A stretch of DNA of 64,000 nucleotides, taken from NCBI GenBank assembly GCA_903851235.1, contig CAINNR010000015.1:11327-75326 (forward strand), in the 5' to 3' direction. Every line of letters begins with the position of its first letter. Within the stretch, counting starts at the first letter, position 1. Both the position numbers and the translations under genes were made by a program. Below are positions 17,669 to 26,001 of this stretch, piece after piece. The stretch is from an uncultured Candidatus Berkelbacteria bacterium (GTDB lineage Bacteria > Patescibacteriota > UBA1384 > XYA2-FULL-43-10 > CAINNR01). The notes below the pieces were generated by a model. It worked only from the letters and a program-made list of their open reading frames with translations. It was not told where the DNA came from and did no database searches.

Positions 17669-18541
17669 TTATTTTCTCTTTCTCACCGTGATTTCCACCC
17701 CTTTAGCTCGTTCGCGCTTTTCGTCTGACTCGATCATTTTTTGATGCTCCGGGTGAAGCTCGGTTCCATCATCAGCGGCTGAATTATCAATTGTGTACTC
17801 CGGAAGTTCGGAAATCGGCACATCGGGAAATTTGCCCCAAAAGCCAAGTTTGTAATGCCAGTTGATATACCACTGCTGAAGAATCATCACCAGCGATGTG
17901 ATCACCCAGTATATTGCCAGGCCGGAGGGAAGCTGTCGGGCGATAAAAATTGTGATTAATGGGAAAAAGTAGATTATCTGCTTGTTCATCATCGCCATCG
18001 GATCGTTCGTGCCCTTCGATTGCGGTGGTTGCGGCATCATCTTAGTTTGGACAAATTGCAGAGCGCCGGCAACAATCGGCAAAATCCAAAGATCCGGTTT
18101 GGAAACATTAATTCCGAGAAAATTCAGATTAATTCCCGACGGTTTTGGAATGAAATGATAAAGAAGATTTAGGTGATCAAGATTGAAACCGATCAAAATC
18201 ACTCGGTAAAAAACAATTAAGACCACCATTTGAACGATCAGTGGCAAACAACTGCCGTAGGGCGAAACTTTGTGTTCTTTAAATAATCTTTGCATCTCCT
18301 GCGACATTTTCAACTGATCGGTTTTGTATTTCGCTCGAACTTGATTTAACAACGGTTGAATTTTTTGCATTTCGATTGTCGATTTTGAGGCTTTAAGTGA
18401 CGTCGGCAACAAAATTATCCGTATAATTATAGTCAAAAGAATAATCGCCAAGGCGACCTGATGCCCGGGAATAACGGCAACGAAATACATCAGCATGTTA
18501 TAAAACGGAATATAGAGAATTGTGGTAAAAAAATGAGCCAT
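17669..18541 (-). CDS. yidC: Membrane protein insertase YidC (short, monoderm type)
   Basis: AIILLTIIIRIILLP, MQKIQP, GSCLPLIVQM, LPSGLAIYW; synteny with yidD-rnpA-rpmH. Confidence 0.95.
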   Translation of the reverse strand: MAHFFTTILYIPFYNMLMYFVAVIPGHQVALAIILLTIIIRIILLPTSLKASKSTIEMQKIQPLLNQVRAKYKTDQLKMSQEMQRLFKEHKVSPYGSCLPLIVQMVVLIVFYRVILIGFNLDHLNLLYHFIPKPSGINLNFLGINVSKPDLWILPIVAGALQFVQTKMMPQPPQSKGTNDPMAMMNKQIIYFFPLITIFIARQLPSGLAIYWVITSLVMILQQWYINWHYKLGFWGKFPDVPISELPEYTIDNSAADDGTELHPEHQKMIESDEKRERAKGVEITVRKRK

Positions 18542-18691
18542 AAACTCCTTAAGTTAAAATCAAAATGTCAAAATCCAAATTTCAAATGAAATACTTGCGA
18601 CAAATGTTCAAAAAATTCAGTTTTTTAACCTCGACTTGCCGAAGGTGAGACGGGTGAGCTTCATTTGATATTTGAGCTTTGAGTTTTGGGC

Positions 18692-18925
18692 TTATTCCAG
18701 CGGGTCACATCCCCCATGACTCCATGGATTACATCGTAGCACACGCCAAGCCCCAAGCGCAATGCCCCTGATTACTCCCCGCTTCTCAATTGCTAACTTG
18801 CAATATTCGGAGCAATCCGGCTGATACTTACAGTAACCAGCAGGATAACGGCTGGAAAACCAGCCGTGGTCAGGCGACAGGGTTTTTTGATATAGTTCGA
18901 TAATTTTTATAAGAAATTTTTTCAT
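18692..18925 (-). CDS. yidD: Membrane protein insertion efficiency factor
   Basis: YQKTLSP, CKYQPDCSEY, RVLRCNPWSHGGCDP. Confidence 0.95.
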   Translation of the reverse strand: MKKFLIKIIELYQKTLSPDHGWFSSRYPAGYCKYQPDCSEYCKLAIEKRGVIRGIALGAWRVLRCNPWSHGGCDPLE

Positions 18926-18990
18926 GAATTTTCATAGTCATTTCAAACAATAACATTGAAATGACTAAACTATTTGAGAGTATTGGATAT

Positions 18991-19326
18991 TTACCCGATC
19001 TTTTTTAATAAATCGGATAATTCTGTCTGGACGTCGGCAAGTTTTAACGGCCAATTTGGCAATTTGTGGGCGGTCAGAACAGCATCAAAGCCTTTCGGCA
19101 AAGTTTGTAACTCTAGGCGAATAACTTCTCGCAGGCGGCGTTTTAAGGCGTTTCTTCGAGTCGCCCTTTTATCAACCTTGGTACCGACAACGACAGCGAA
19201 ACGGATAGCGCCCAGGCGATTTGGCGCATAACGTATAGAAAAATTGACCGACCGAATCGATTTGCCGAATTTGAAAACTCTTTGAATCTCATTTGATTTT
19301 CTAAGCCGATTGATATTATTCAGCAT
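18991..19326 (-). CDS. rnpA: Ribonuclease P protein
   Basis: NRLRK..E...VFK.G, RFAVVVGTKV.KRATRRNALKRRLRE. Confidence 0.95.
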   Translation of the reverse strand: MLNNINRLRKSNEIQRVFKFGKSIRSVNFSIRYAPNRLGAIRFAVVVGTKVDKRATRRNALKRRLREVIRLELQTLPKGFDAVLTAHKLPNWPLKLADVQTELSDLLKKIG

Positions 19327-19355
19327 TGAACTGATGATAGCACTATTTTACGAAC

Positions 19356-19389
19356 AAAAAAAGGCGCCTGACCCGAAGGCCAGACGCTT
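19356..19389 (-). terminator. Intrinsic terminator of inserted gene
   Basis: GCGTCTGGCC-TTCG-GGTCAGGCGC then T-run (UUCG tetraloop). Confidence 0.9.
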
Positions 19390-19412
19390 GTTACATTTGT
19401 GAATGTCGGAAT

Positions 19413-20033
19413 CTAGAAGTTGATCTTGAGGCTGCCCTCGATACGGGCGGTGTCAGTAGTCTTATTGTTCACCCCCCACAGGTAGCGGAGCGACAACGAG
19501 CTACCACCGGGGCCGCTGATCTCGACTTTCGGACCGACGCCCAGTGTATTCCCGGTCCCTTCCTGCCAACAGTTCGAGACGGCAACGCCGACTCGGACAT
19601 TGTGGCGGACCGGATGACTGACGGCCACCTGGTTCGTGTACAGCACCCAGGGGCCGTTGTTGAGGGGAATATAGGCACCACCTGCGGACTCAAACTTCCA
19701 GTCCGATCCCAGCTCGTGGTTGTACACCCAGAACGGCTCCGCGAAGAGCTGGGACGACTTGTCCCACCATGAGACATAGCCACCCAGCAGCAGTGTGTCA
19801 CTCTTGCCGGCCTTCACAGGCCAAAGGCGGCCTGCTTCGTAGACCGGGAAGTCCGGCTGAGAGAAAGACCACAGCTCCCAGCCGCTGGCATCGAGCCAAG
19901 CGCTGGTCAGACCAGCGTGCCCACCTCGGGGCATGTCCACACGCCCAAGGAGCGTGCCATCTGCGTGGGCGACGGCGGACGACAGAACCAACATCATCAA
20001 GGCGACGAACAGAACAGCGGTGCGTTGCATCAT
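19413..20033 (-). CDS. Exported protein resembling an outer-membrane beta-barrel
   Basis: Signal peptide ending AHA, alternating amphipathic strands rich in W/Y/G, C-terminal ARIEGSLKINF; GGAGG RBS; 60-65% GC in sampled lines. Confidence 0.7.
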   Translation of the reverse strand: MMQRTAVLFVALMMLVLSSAVAHADGTLLGRVDMPRGGHAGLTSAWLDASGWELWSFSQPDFPVYEAGRLWPVKAGKSDTLLLGGYVSWWDKSSQLFAEPFWVYNHELGSDWKFESAGGAYIPLNNGPWVLYTNQVAVSHPVRHNVRVGVAVSNCWQEGTGNTLGVGPKVEISGPGGSSLSLRYLWGVNNKTTDTARIEGSLKINF

Positions 20034-20098
20034 ACTGGAAACGCCTCCCTCTGCTTGGTTTTTTGGTACCAAGCGACCGGATATGACTGTGTATGGGC

Positions 20099-20127
20099 AT
20101 TATAGCAAAAGTATATACTTTTGTCAA
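20099..20127 (-). promoter_or_regulatory. Consensus sigma70 promoter with palindromic spacer
   Basis: TTGACA-17-(TGC)TATAAT; CAAAAGTATATACTTTTG perfect palindrome at 20106-20123. Confidence 0.85.
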
Positions 20128-20175
20128 CTAAAAAAGAGCCTCTTGGACTCTATTTTTTTATTGGATGATAAAAAT

Positions 20176-20313
20176 CTAGGCGACGGAAAGTAGTTTGCGA
20201 CCTTTTTTTCGTCGTCGGGCAATAACAGCAACACCATCGGCTGTTTTCATCCTGGTCAGAAAACCGTGGTTTTTATGTCGTCTTCGATTGTTCGGCTGAT
20301 AGGTTCTTTTCAT
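20176..20313 (-). CDS. rpmH: 50S ribosomal protein L34 (not in ORF track)
   Basis: Manual translation [45 protein letters not shown]; divergent from dnaA. Confidence 0.97.
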   Translation of the reverse strand: MKRTYQPNNRRRHKNHGFLTRMKTADGVAVIARRRKKGRKLLSVA

Positions 20314-20433
20314 AACAATGAGATATTATCAAAAACGAAGATAAAAAGCAAGACTTTAATTTTAAAATAGCTATTCCAATGTTTGCAAATTGAAAAAAGA
20401 GAATTGAAAATTGTGGCCACCGCTTGCATAGCC

Positions 20434-20442
20434 TGTGGATAA
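20434..20442. promoter_or_regulatory. DnaA box upstream of dnaA
   Basis: Perfect TGTGGATAA. Confidence 0.8.
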
Positions 20443-20479
20443 CTTGCTATGTTTTGTGTAGATTAAATTTAAGGAAAAA

Positions 20480-21865
20480 ATGGACAAAGATTTGGAGAAA
20501 ATCTGGAAAACGGCACTTGGTGAATTGGAAGTTGTTTTGTCGAAACCGAACTTCACCACCTGGTTTAAAGACACATTTATTATCGACTACAAAAATGCTG
20601 TTTTTACAATTGGGGTGCGATCTTTTTTCTTTGAAGACACCTTAAAAAAACGCTTTACAAAAGAGATTCGGGCAGCGTTGCAAAAACAGGTTGACAAACC
20701 GATTGAGGAGATAAAATTTAAGACCGCCTCCCCCGCCAATCAAACAGAAACTCCGGCTAAAATTCCGGTAGTTATCCACAGGCCTGTGGATAACTCTGAC
20801 AGTTATTCACAGGTTGAAAACCCTGTTAATAACTCAGGAAATGATTCTTTAAAAGAAACTTACACTTTTGAAAATTTTATTGTCGGCTCATCAAATCAAT
20901 TAGCCAATGCCGCAGCCCGAGCATCGGCGCAAAAACCGGGCAAGAGCTATAATCCACTGTTTATCTACGGTGATCCGGGACTTGGTAAAACTCATTTGGC
21001 ACAAGCAATTGGAAATTTTGCCATCAGTCAAAAACCTAAAACCAAGGTTGTTTATGCTTCTTGTGAAACCTTTACCAATGAATACATCGACTCGGTTCGT
21101 GGCGGTAAAGCCAAAGATTTTAAAGATCATTATCGAAATGTTGATATTTTAATTATTGATGATGTCCAATTTCTTGGTAACAAGGAGGGAACCAAAGAGG
21201 AGTTTTTCCACACCTTCAATCACCTACATCAGAAAAATAAGCAGATAGTCCTAACTTCCGATCGACCGCCAAAGGAGATAAAGGGTTTGGAGAAACGCTT
21301 GATCAGTCGTTTTGAGTGGGGGATGGTGGCTGATATTCAAACACCGGATTACGAAATGCGCTTGGCAATTCTGAAAAACAAGTGTCATGAACATAAAAAG
21401 CTGGTAAGTGATGATATCCTTGAATTTATCGCCAAAAATATCGATTCGAATATTCGCGAGCTTGAGGGCGCGCTCAACAAGCTTTTCGCTCATATTGAAT
21501 TAATCAATAAGGAACCATCTTTGGTTATGGCCCAGGATATTTTATCTGATTCAATTTCCCAAAATACAAAGAGACAGGTGGTTTCGGCTGAAAAAGTATT
21601 AAAAGCGGTCCAGAAATTTTACAATGTTTCGATTGATGATATTGTTTCTCAAAAAAGAAATAAAGAGATCATCCGGCCGCGTCACGTAGCAATGTATATA
21701 CTGTATAATATCGTCGGTTTATCATATCCAGAGGTTGGTCGCGAACTTGGCGGTAAAAACCACTCGACAGTTATGCATGGTTGTAAGACGGTTAATAAGG
21801 ATATGAATAATTCAAAACAGTTTAAAGATGAGGTTGAAATGTTGAAGGAGATAATTTTTGAATAG
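20480..21865 (+). CDS. dnaA: Chromosomal replication initiator DnaA
   Basis: YTFENFIVG, YNPLFIYG.PGLGKTHL, IDDVQFL, RELEGAL, GGKNHSTVMHG. Confidence 0.99.
   Translation: MDKDLEKIWKTALGELEVVLSKPNFTTWFKDTFIIDYKNAVFTIGVRSFFFEDTLKKRFTKEIRAALQKQVDKPIEEIKFKTASPANQTETPAKIPVVIHRPVDNSDSYSQVENPVNNSGNDSLKETYTFENFIVGSSNQLANAAARASAQKPGKSYNPLFIYGDPGLGKTHLAQAIGNFAISQKPKTKVVYASCETFTNEYIDSVRGGKAKDFKDHYRNVDILIIDDVQFLGNKEGTKEEFFHTFNHLHQKNKQIVLTSDRPPKEIKGLEKRLISRFEWGMVADIQTPDYEMRLAILKNKCHEHKKLVSDDILEFIAKNIDSNIRELEGALNKLFAHIELINKEPSLVMAQDILSDSISQNTKRQVVSAEKVLKAVQKFYNVSIDDIVSQKRNKEIIRPRHVAMYILYNIVGLSYPEVGRELGGKNHSTVMHGCKTVNKDMNNSKQFKDEVEMLKEIIFE
20770..20832. promoter_or_regulatory. Four DnaA boxes inside the dnaA domain II coding region
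   Basis: TTATCCACA 20772, TGTGGATAA 20785, TTATTCACA 20803, TGTTAATAA 20824. Confidence 0.8.
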
Positions 21866-22300
21866 TTATTCACATGGCTTTTTAAACTATTAGTCTTTAA
21901 ATATACAATAATCATAATAATAAGGGCTGTTGATAACTGGATAACAGTAAATTTAATCCCAAATAACTAGTGTCTGTGGTTGATAAACTGTTAATAAAAC
22001 GGTTAACAAAGCTGTTAATTACCCGGTAGGTTGTTAATAACTTTTAAAATAAATAGTTAAATTGATGGTAGTATAGTATAGACTGTGGATAACTACCAAA
22101 GTTATCAACAGGGCTGTTAATAACTCTGTGGATAACTACACTATTTGATTAGGGAATCAGTGGTAATTTATTGCAAAAGTTATCAACAAGATAATAAATT
22201 ATAGATTGTAAAATATTAAATTATAATAGCGGAAATAATTATTAACAAATCATTTAATCATTGCTATTTAATATTTTAACTTCATTATTTATCTAAAAAG
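21866..22300. other. oriC: Replication origin oriC
   Basis: AT-rich dnaA-dnaN spacer with DnaA-box-like 9-mers at 21866, 21928, 21989, 22032, 22084, 22102, 22115, 22127 and 22180. Confidence 0.92.
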
Positions 22301-22307
22301 GAGAATT

Positions 22308-23414
22308 ATGAAAATATCATGCACGCAGGCAAAGCTAAATAAGGGTCTGTCAATCGTCTCAAGAATCGTCGGAACCAGGACAACATTACCGGTTTTATCA
22401 AATATATATTTGGAGGCCAAGGATGGCCAACTGAAACTATCGGCCACCGACCTTGAAATCGGTGTTACAACTTCAATCGGTGCCAAGGTTGACGAAGAAG
22501 GCTCATTAACGGTTCCGGCTCGGCTAATCTCAGATTTTATCGCTGCCAACTCAGATGAAAATCTGGAATTGGAGTCAAAAGCGACGACACTTCATCTTAA
22601 AAGCCAAAGGTACGAAGCGAATATAAAGGGAATCGACTCCTCTGAATATCCGGTTTTGCCCGAGGTGTCAAAGGACTCACTTGTTGAACTGGCGGTTGCT
22701 GACTTTACCGGAGCGATTTCCGAGGTTGTTGTCGCTTGCGCCACCGATGATACTCGCCCGGTTCTGGCCGGCATCTACTTTAAATTTGACACCGACACAC
22801 TATATCTTGTCGCCACCGACAGTTATCGTTTGGCGGAGAAAAAAATCGATGTTCCCGGCTTAAATATTAACAAGGAATTTATCGTCCCAGCCAGGACTAT
22901 GCAAGAGATTCTCCGTATATCATCTTCAGTTGAAAACCCGGAGAAGATTGCAATATCGGCGACTGAAAATCAGGTCTCTTTTAATATCGCCGGCACACAA
23001 GTGGTGTCAAGGCTGATCGAAGGCGCGTTTCCAAACTATAAACAAATAATTCCTTCAGCCTACAAATCATCGGCGGAAATCGATCTTCATGATTTTTCCT
23101 CCGCAATCAAAATGGCCTCACTTTTTGCCAGGCAGGGTGGAAACAACGTCAAAATTAAATTTATCGCTGCCGAAGCCATTATCACCAGTGTTGCCGACCA
23201 AGTTGGTGACAATATCTCCAAAGTACCGGCAAAATCGTCCGCCGATTCCGAGGAGATCACCTTCAATGCCAAATACATCGCTGATATTTTGCAAGTTTTG
23301 CCGGACAAAAAACTCCTATTTGAGGTCAATGACAAGTTTTCCGCCGGCGCAATCCGACCGGAAAAAGCTAAGGATTTTGTTTACATCATCATGCCACTTA
23401 GAGTGGAAGAGTAA
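22308..23414 (+). CDS. dnaN: DNA polymerase III beta sliding clamp
   Basis: LPVLSNI, SATDLE, RPVLAGI, VATDSYRLA, SRLIEGAFPNY, YIIMPLR. Confidence 0.99.
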   Translation: MKISCTQAKLNKGLSIVSRIVGTRTTLPVLSNIYLEAKDGQLKLSATDLEIGVTTSIGAKVDEEGSLTVPARLISDFIAANSDENLELESKATTLHLKSQRYEANIKGIDSSEYPVLPEVSKDSLVELAVADFTGAISEVVVACATDDTRPVLAGIYFKFDTDTLYLVATDSYRLAEKKIDVPGLNINKEFIVPARTMQEILRISSSVENPEKIAISATENQVSFNIAGTQVVSRLIEGAFPNYKQIIPSAYKSSAEIDLHDFSSAIKMASLFARQGGNNVKIKFIAAEAIITSVADQVGDNISKVPAKSSADSEEITFNAKYIADILQVLPDKKLLFEVNDKFSAGAIRPEKAKDFVYIIMPLRVEE

Positions 23415-23521
23415 CTTAATAAACAGGAGAGTTCAAATGTCAAACGAAGCTTATAATATAAAAATTTTAAATATTTGTCATTTGAATTTCATTCAGCATT
23501 CGATTTTTGAAATTTGAACTT

Positions 23522-24550
23522 ATGCTTCATCATTTGACTCTCATCAACTATCGCAATCACTCAAAATTTGATCTCGATTTGTCCGAGATTACTGTTTTAG
23601 TCGGCAAAAATGGAATAGGCAAGACAAATATCTTGGAATCGATCGGCTTGCTTTCATCATGTCGATCTTTTCGCGGCGACAATCGGCTGGAGTTGATTAA
23701 ATTTGATAATGATTACACCAGGGTTGTCGCTGATGATCTGGAAATCTTTATTCAGCGAACACCGCGCTTGATTTTTCAGGTCAAAGACAGGGGAATCAAG
23801 CGCAAGGTCGCCGATTTTGTCGGCACTCTACCATCGGTGGTTTTTTCACCGGAGAGTTTGGCAATTATTACCGGCGAACCAAAGGAACGACGACGATTTT
23901 TGGATATCGTGATCTGTCAAAAGGATCACAAATATCTTCGTGGACTACAGGATTATAAAAAAGTCTTGTCTCAGCGAAACAATCTGCTTAAATTGATCTC
24001 CGACGGGCGAGCGAGTGCTGACCAACTCGATTTTTGGGACAAAGAATTGGTTGCGGCGGCAAAAATTATTACCGACGGCAGAGATCAAGCAATCAGCGAT
24101 TTTTCACAGCACTTAGTTCGGTTCTATCGAACAATTTCCGGCCAAAAAAAAGCCTCAATTGAAATTATTTATTTTGCCAAAGCCGGTGCTGATTTCGCGG
24201 CCAAATTAAAGACAAAAAGGGGAATTGATATCGCCGCCGGGCTGACAACATCGGGCCCGCACCGTGATGACCTGCAATTTATCTTAAATAATCTGGAAGC
24301 GGAAAAATATGCCTCGAGAGGGGAATTAAGAAGCATTGTTTTATCGCTGAAAATGGCCGAGCTGAAATATTTGGAACATGGTGTTAAACCGATACTGCTT
24401 TTAGATGACATTTTTTCTGAATTTGATGGCGATCACCGCCGACATTTGTACCAGTTGATTAAAAATTATCAAACCGTTCTGACTACTACCGACCGTGAAC
24501 ACTTGTCGCCCCTGCTCTTGACAAATGCCACTGTCGTAGAAGTGAAATAA
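23522..24550 (+). CDS. recF: DNA replication/repair protein RecF
   Basis: NYRN, GKNGIGKTNILE, RRRFLD, GPHRDD, ASRGE, PILLLDDIFSEFD. Confidence 0.97.
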   Translation: MLHHLTLINYRNHSKFDLDLSEITVLVGKNGIGKTNILESIGLLSSCRSFRGDNRLELIKFDNDYTRVVADDLEIFIQRTPRLIFQVKDRGIKRKVADFVGTLPSVVFSPESLAIITGEPKERRRFLDIVICQKDHKYLRGLQDYKKVLSQRNNLLKLISDGRASADQLDFWDKELVAAAKIITDGRDQAISDFSQHLVRFYRTISGQKKASIEIIYFAKAGADFAAKLKTKRGIDIAAGLTTSGPHRDDLQFILNNLEAEKYASRGELRSIVLSLKMAELKYLEHGVKPILLLDDIFSEFDGDHRRHLYQLIKNYQTVLTTTDREHLSPLLLTNATVVEVK

Positions 24551-24649
24551 TGGATTATGGCACTGGACAAAGAATTTTTTTTCTGCTATAATTAAATAAG
24601 CAACTTAACAAAGCCCCGCAGTGTAATATTGCGGGACAAAGGAGCGGAA

Positions 24650-24802
24650 ATGACTGAAAAAGAGCCAGAAGCTCAAGTTATTGCCGATGAGAGTAGGGTC
24701 AAGCGCAAGCCGGATCTTACGCTCGTTCAAGCAATTACAATGAGTGTTGTCGCCATTTTAGCAGTTGCGGTAGGCACCGTTTACGGAACCATCCTCTTTT
24801 AA
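24650..24802 (+). CDS. 50-aa single-TM small protein (not in ORF track)
   Basis: MTEKEPEAQVIADESRVKRKPDLTLVQAITMSVVAILAVAVGTVYGTILF; AAAGGAG RBS; TGGACA-17-TATAAT at 24564-24592. Confidence 0.65.
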   Translation: MTEKEPEAQVIADESRVKRKPDLTLVQAITMSVVAILAVAVGTVYGTILF

Positions 24803-24887
24803 AAAATATGGAGGGATAAGTTCTAAAAAATCACCTGAGATTATATCAATGGTGATTTTTTGTTGCCCAAAGTGCTATTATCAGGAT

Positions 24888-25160
24888 ATGGACAGAATTG
24901 ACAAAATATTGATGCCGGTAATGGCCAAGAAGGGGCTCGGTGGGGCGGCGGTAGCGGCTCAGATTTGCTTTTATGCCTCTGAATATGGCAAAGGTAGTTT
25001 TGTTGCAACTTCGTTTTCTAAGGGCGTTCTAAAGCTTTCCTGTGCTGATTCAATTGACGCCGGCGAGGTGCAAATGATGAGTGAGGAAATAATTACTCAT
25101 GTTAATGAAAAAATCGGGAGAGAAATAGTTTCAAGGATAAGAATAGTGAACTCATCGTAG
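24888..25160 (+). CDS. DUF721/DciA family protein
   Basis: Size, position after recF, and GVLKL.C......E.......I...VNEKIG.EIV.RIRI pattern. Confidence 0.7.
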   Translation: MDRIDKILMPVMAKKGLGGAAVAAQICFYASEYGKGSFVATSFSKGVLKLSCADSIDAGEVQMMSEEIITHVNEKIGREIVSRIRIVNSS

Positions 25161-25218
25161 CTAAGTCTTCTCTAATCGAATAATGCGTCCAATGAAGCTT
25201 GTGTCTACTATCAAGCTA

Positions 25219-25247
25219 TTGACTTTTTAGTTCTCATATGCTATAAT
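25219..25247 (+). promoter_or_regulatory. Sigma70 promoter
   Basis: TTGACT-17-(TGC)TATAAT. Confidence 0.8.
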
Positions 25248-25314
25248 TGGGCGTTATGGTGAAGTTGCGCGAGGCAATCACCAAACAGTACGATTGAAAA
25301 GGACTGATCGAATA

Positions 25315-25914
25315 ATGAAAAAGACTTTGGTTGTTATACTGGTTCTTGCCGTACTGGCCGTTCCAGCGCTCGCGAAGGATCGCGGGCACAACGGAGGAGG
25401 GGACAAACGCGGCGGTGGAGAGCACCATGGACGTCCGGCGATCACGCTGGGCAGTGTCCTGGGCGCGGCAGCGGGTTTGTACCTGCTGTCGCGTATTGAT
25501 CGCTGCGTGCCGGAGTATATGCCGGCACCGTGCCTGCCTGTCTACCAGACGCCGGTGTACGGACCGGTGTTGCAGGATCCCGTTTGCCAGTTGCCGGGGT
25601 ACGGCGGTATTGGTCACACCGGTCGTTACGACGTGCCCTGCGTTGTCGAGTCGCAGGGCAACCGCATGATCGTCAACCGGCCCTATCGGCCGGGGACCCA
25701 GCTGACGGTGGAGGGCGAGTGGGTGACGGACCCGAACACTTTGCAGCCGCTGTATAGGAGGGAGCAGGGGTCGTTGGTTGTTGTTACATCCAACGGAGCC
25801 ACCTCTCTCTGCGACGTATTGCGTGGTGGCGCAAATCGCGGAGACGATATCATTGTCGTCGCCACCCCCTCTCCTGTGCCAGCACCGGCCACGGCACCGG
25901 TATATCAGCCGTAA
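25315..25914 (+). CDS. GC-rich exported hypothetical protein
   Basis: Signal peptide MKKTLVVILVLAVLAVPALA, Gly/His stretch, glycine-zipper-like LGSVLGAAAG, Pro/Val/Tyr-rich segments; has its own promoter and terminator. Confidence 0.75.
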   Translation: MKKTLVVILVLAVLAVPALAKDRGHNGGGDKRGGGEHHGRPAITLGSVLGAAAGLYLLSRIDRCVPEYMPAPCLPVYQTPVYGPVLQDPVCQLPGYGGIGHTGRYDVPCVVESQGNRMIVNRPYRPGTQLTVEGEWVTDPNTLQPLYRREQGSLVVVTSNGATSLCDVLRGGANRGDDIIVVATPSPVPAPATAPVYQP

Positions 25915-25920
25915 GAACAC

Positions 25921-25959
25921 AAGCGCTCCCCGACAGATCATGTCCGGGAGCGCTTTTTT
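25921..25959. terminator. Intrinsic terminator between convergent genes
   Basis: AAGCGCTCCC...GGGAGCGCTT followed by T-run. Confidence 0.85.
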
Positions 25960-26001
25960 CATTTCAATTAAACACACTAAGGTGTGGTATACATTGCTGT
26001 G

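Noticed and set aside
25234-25977. 247-aa minus-strand ORF and other overlapping ORFs in the two GC-rich inserts
   Set aside because: Shadow frames expected at high GC. The promoter, RBS, signal peptide and terminator support only one frame in each insert.
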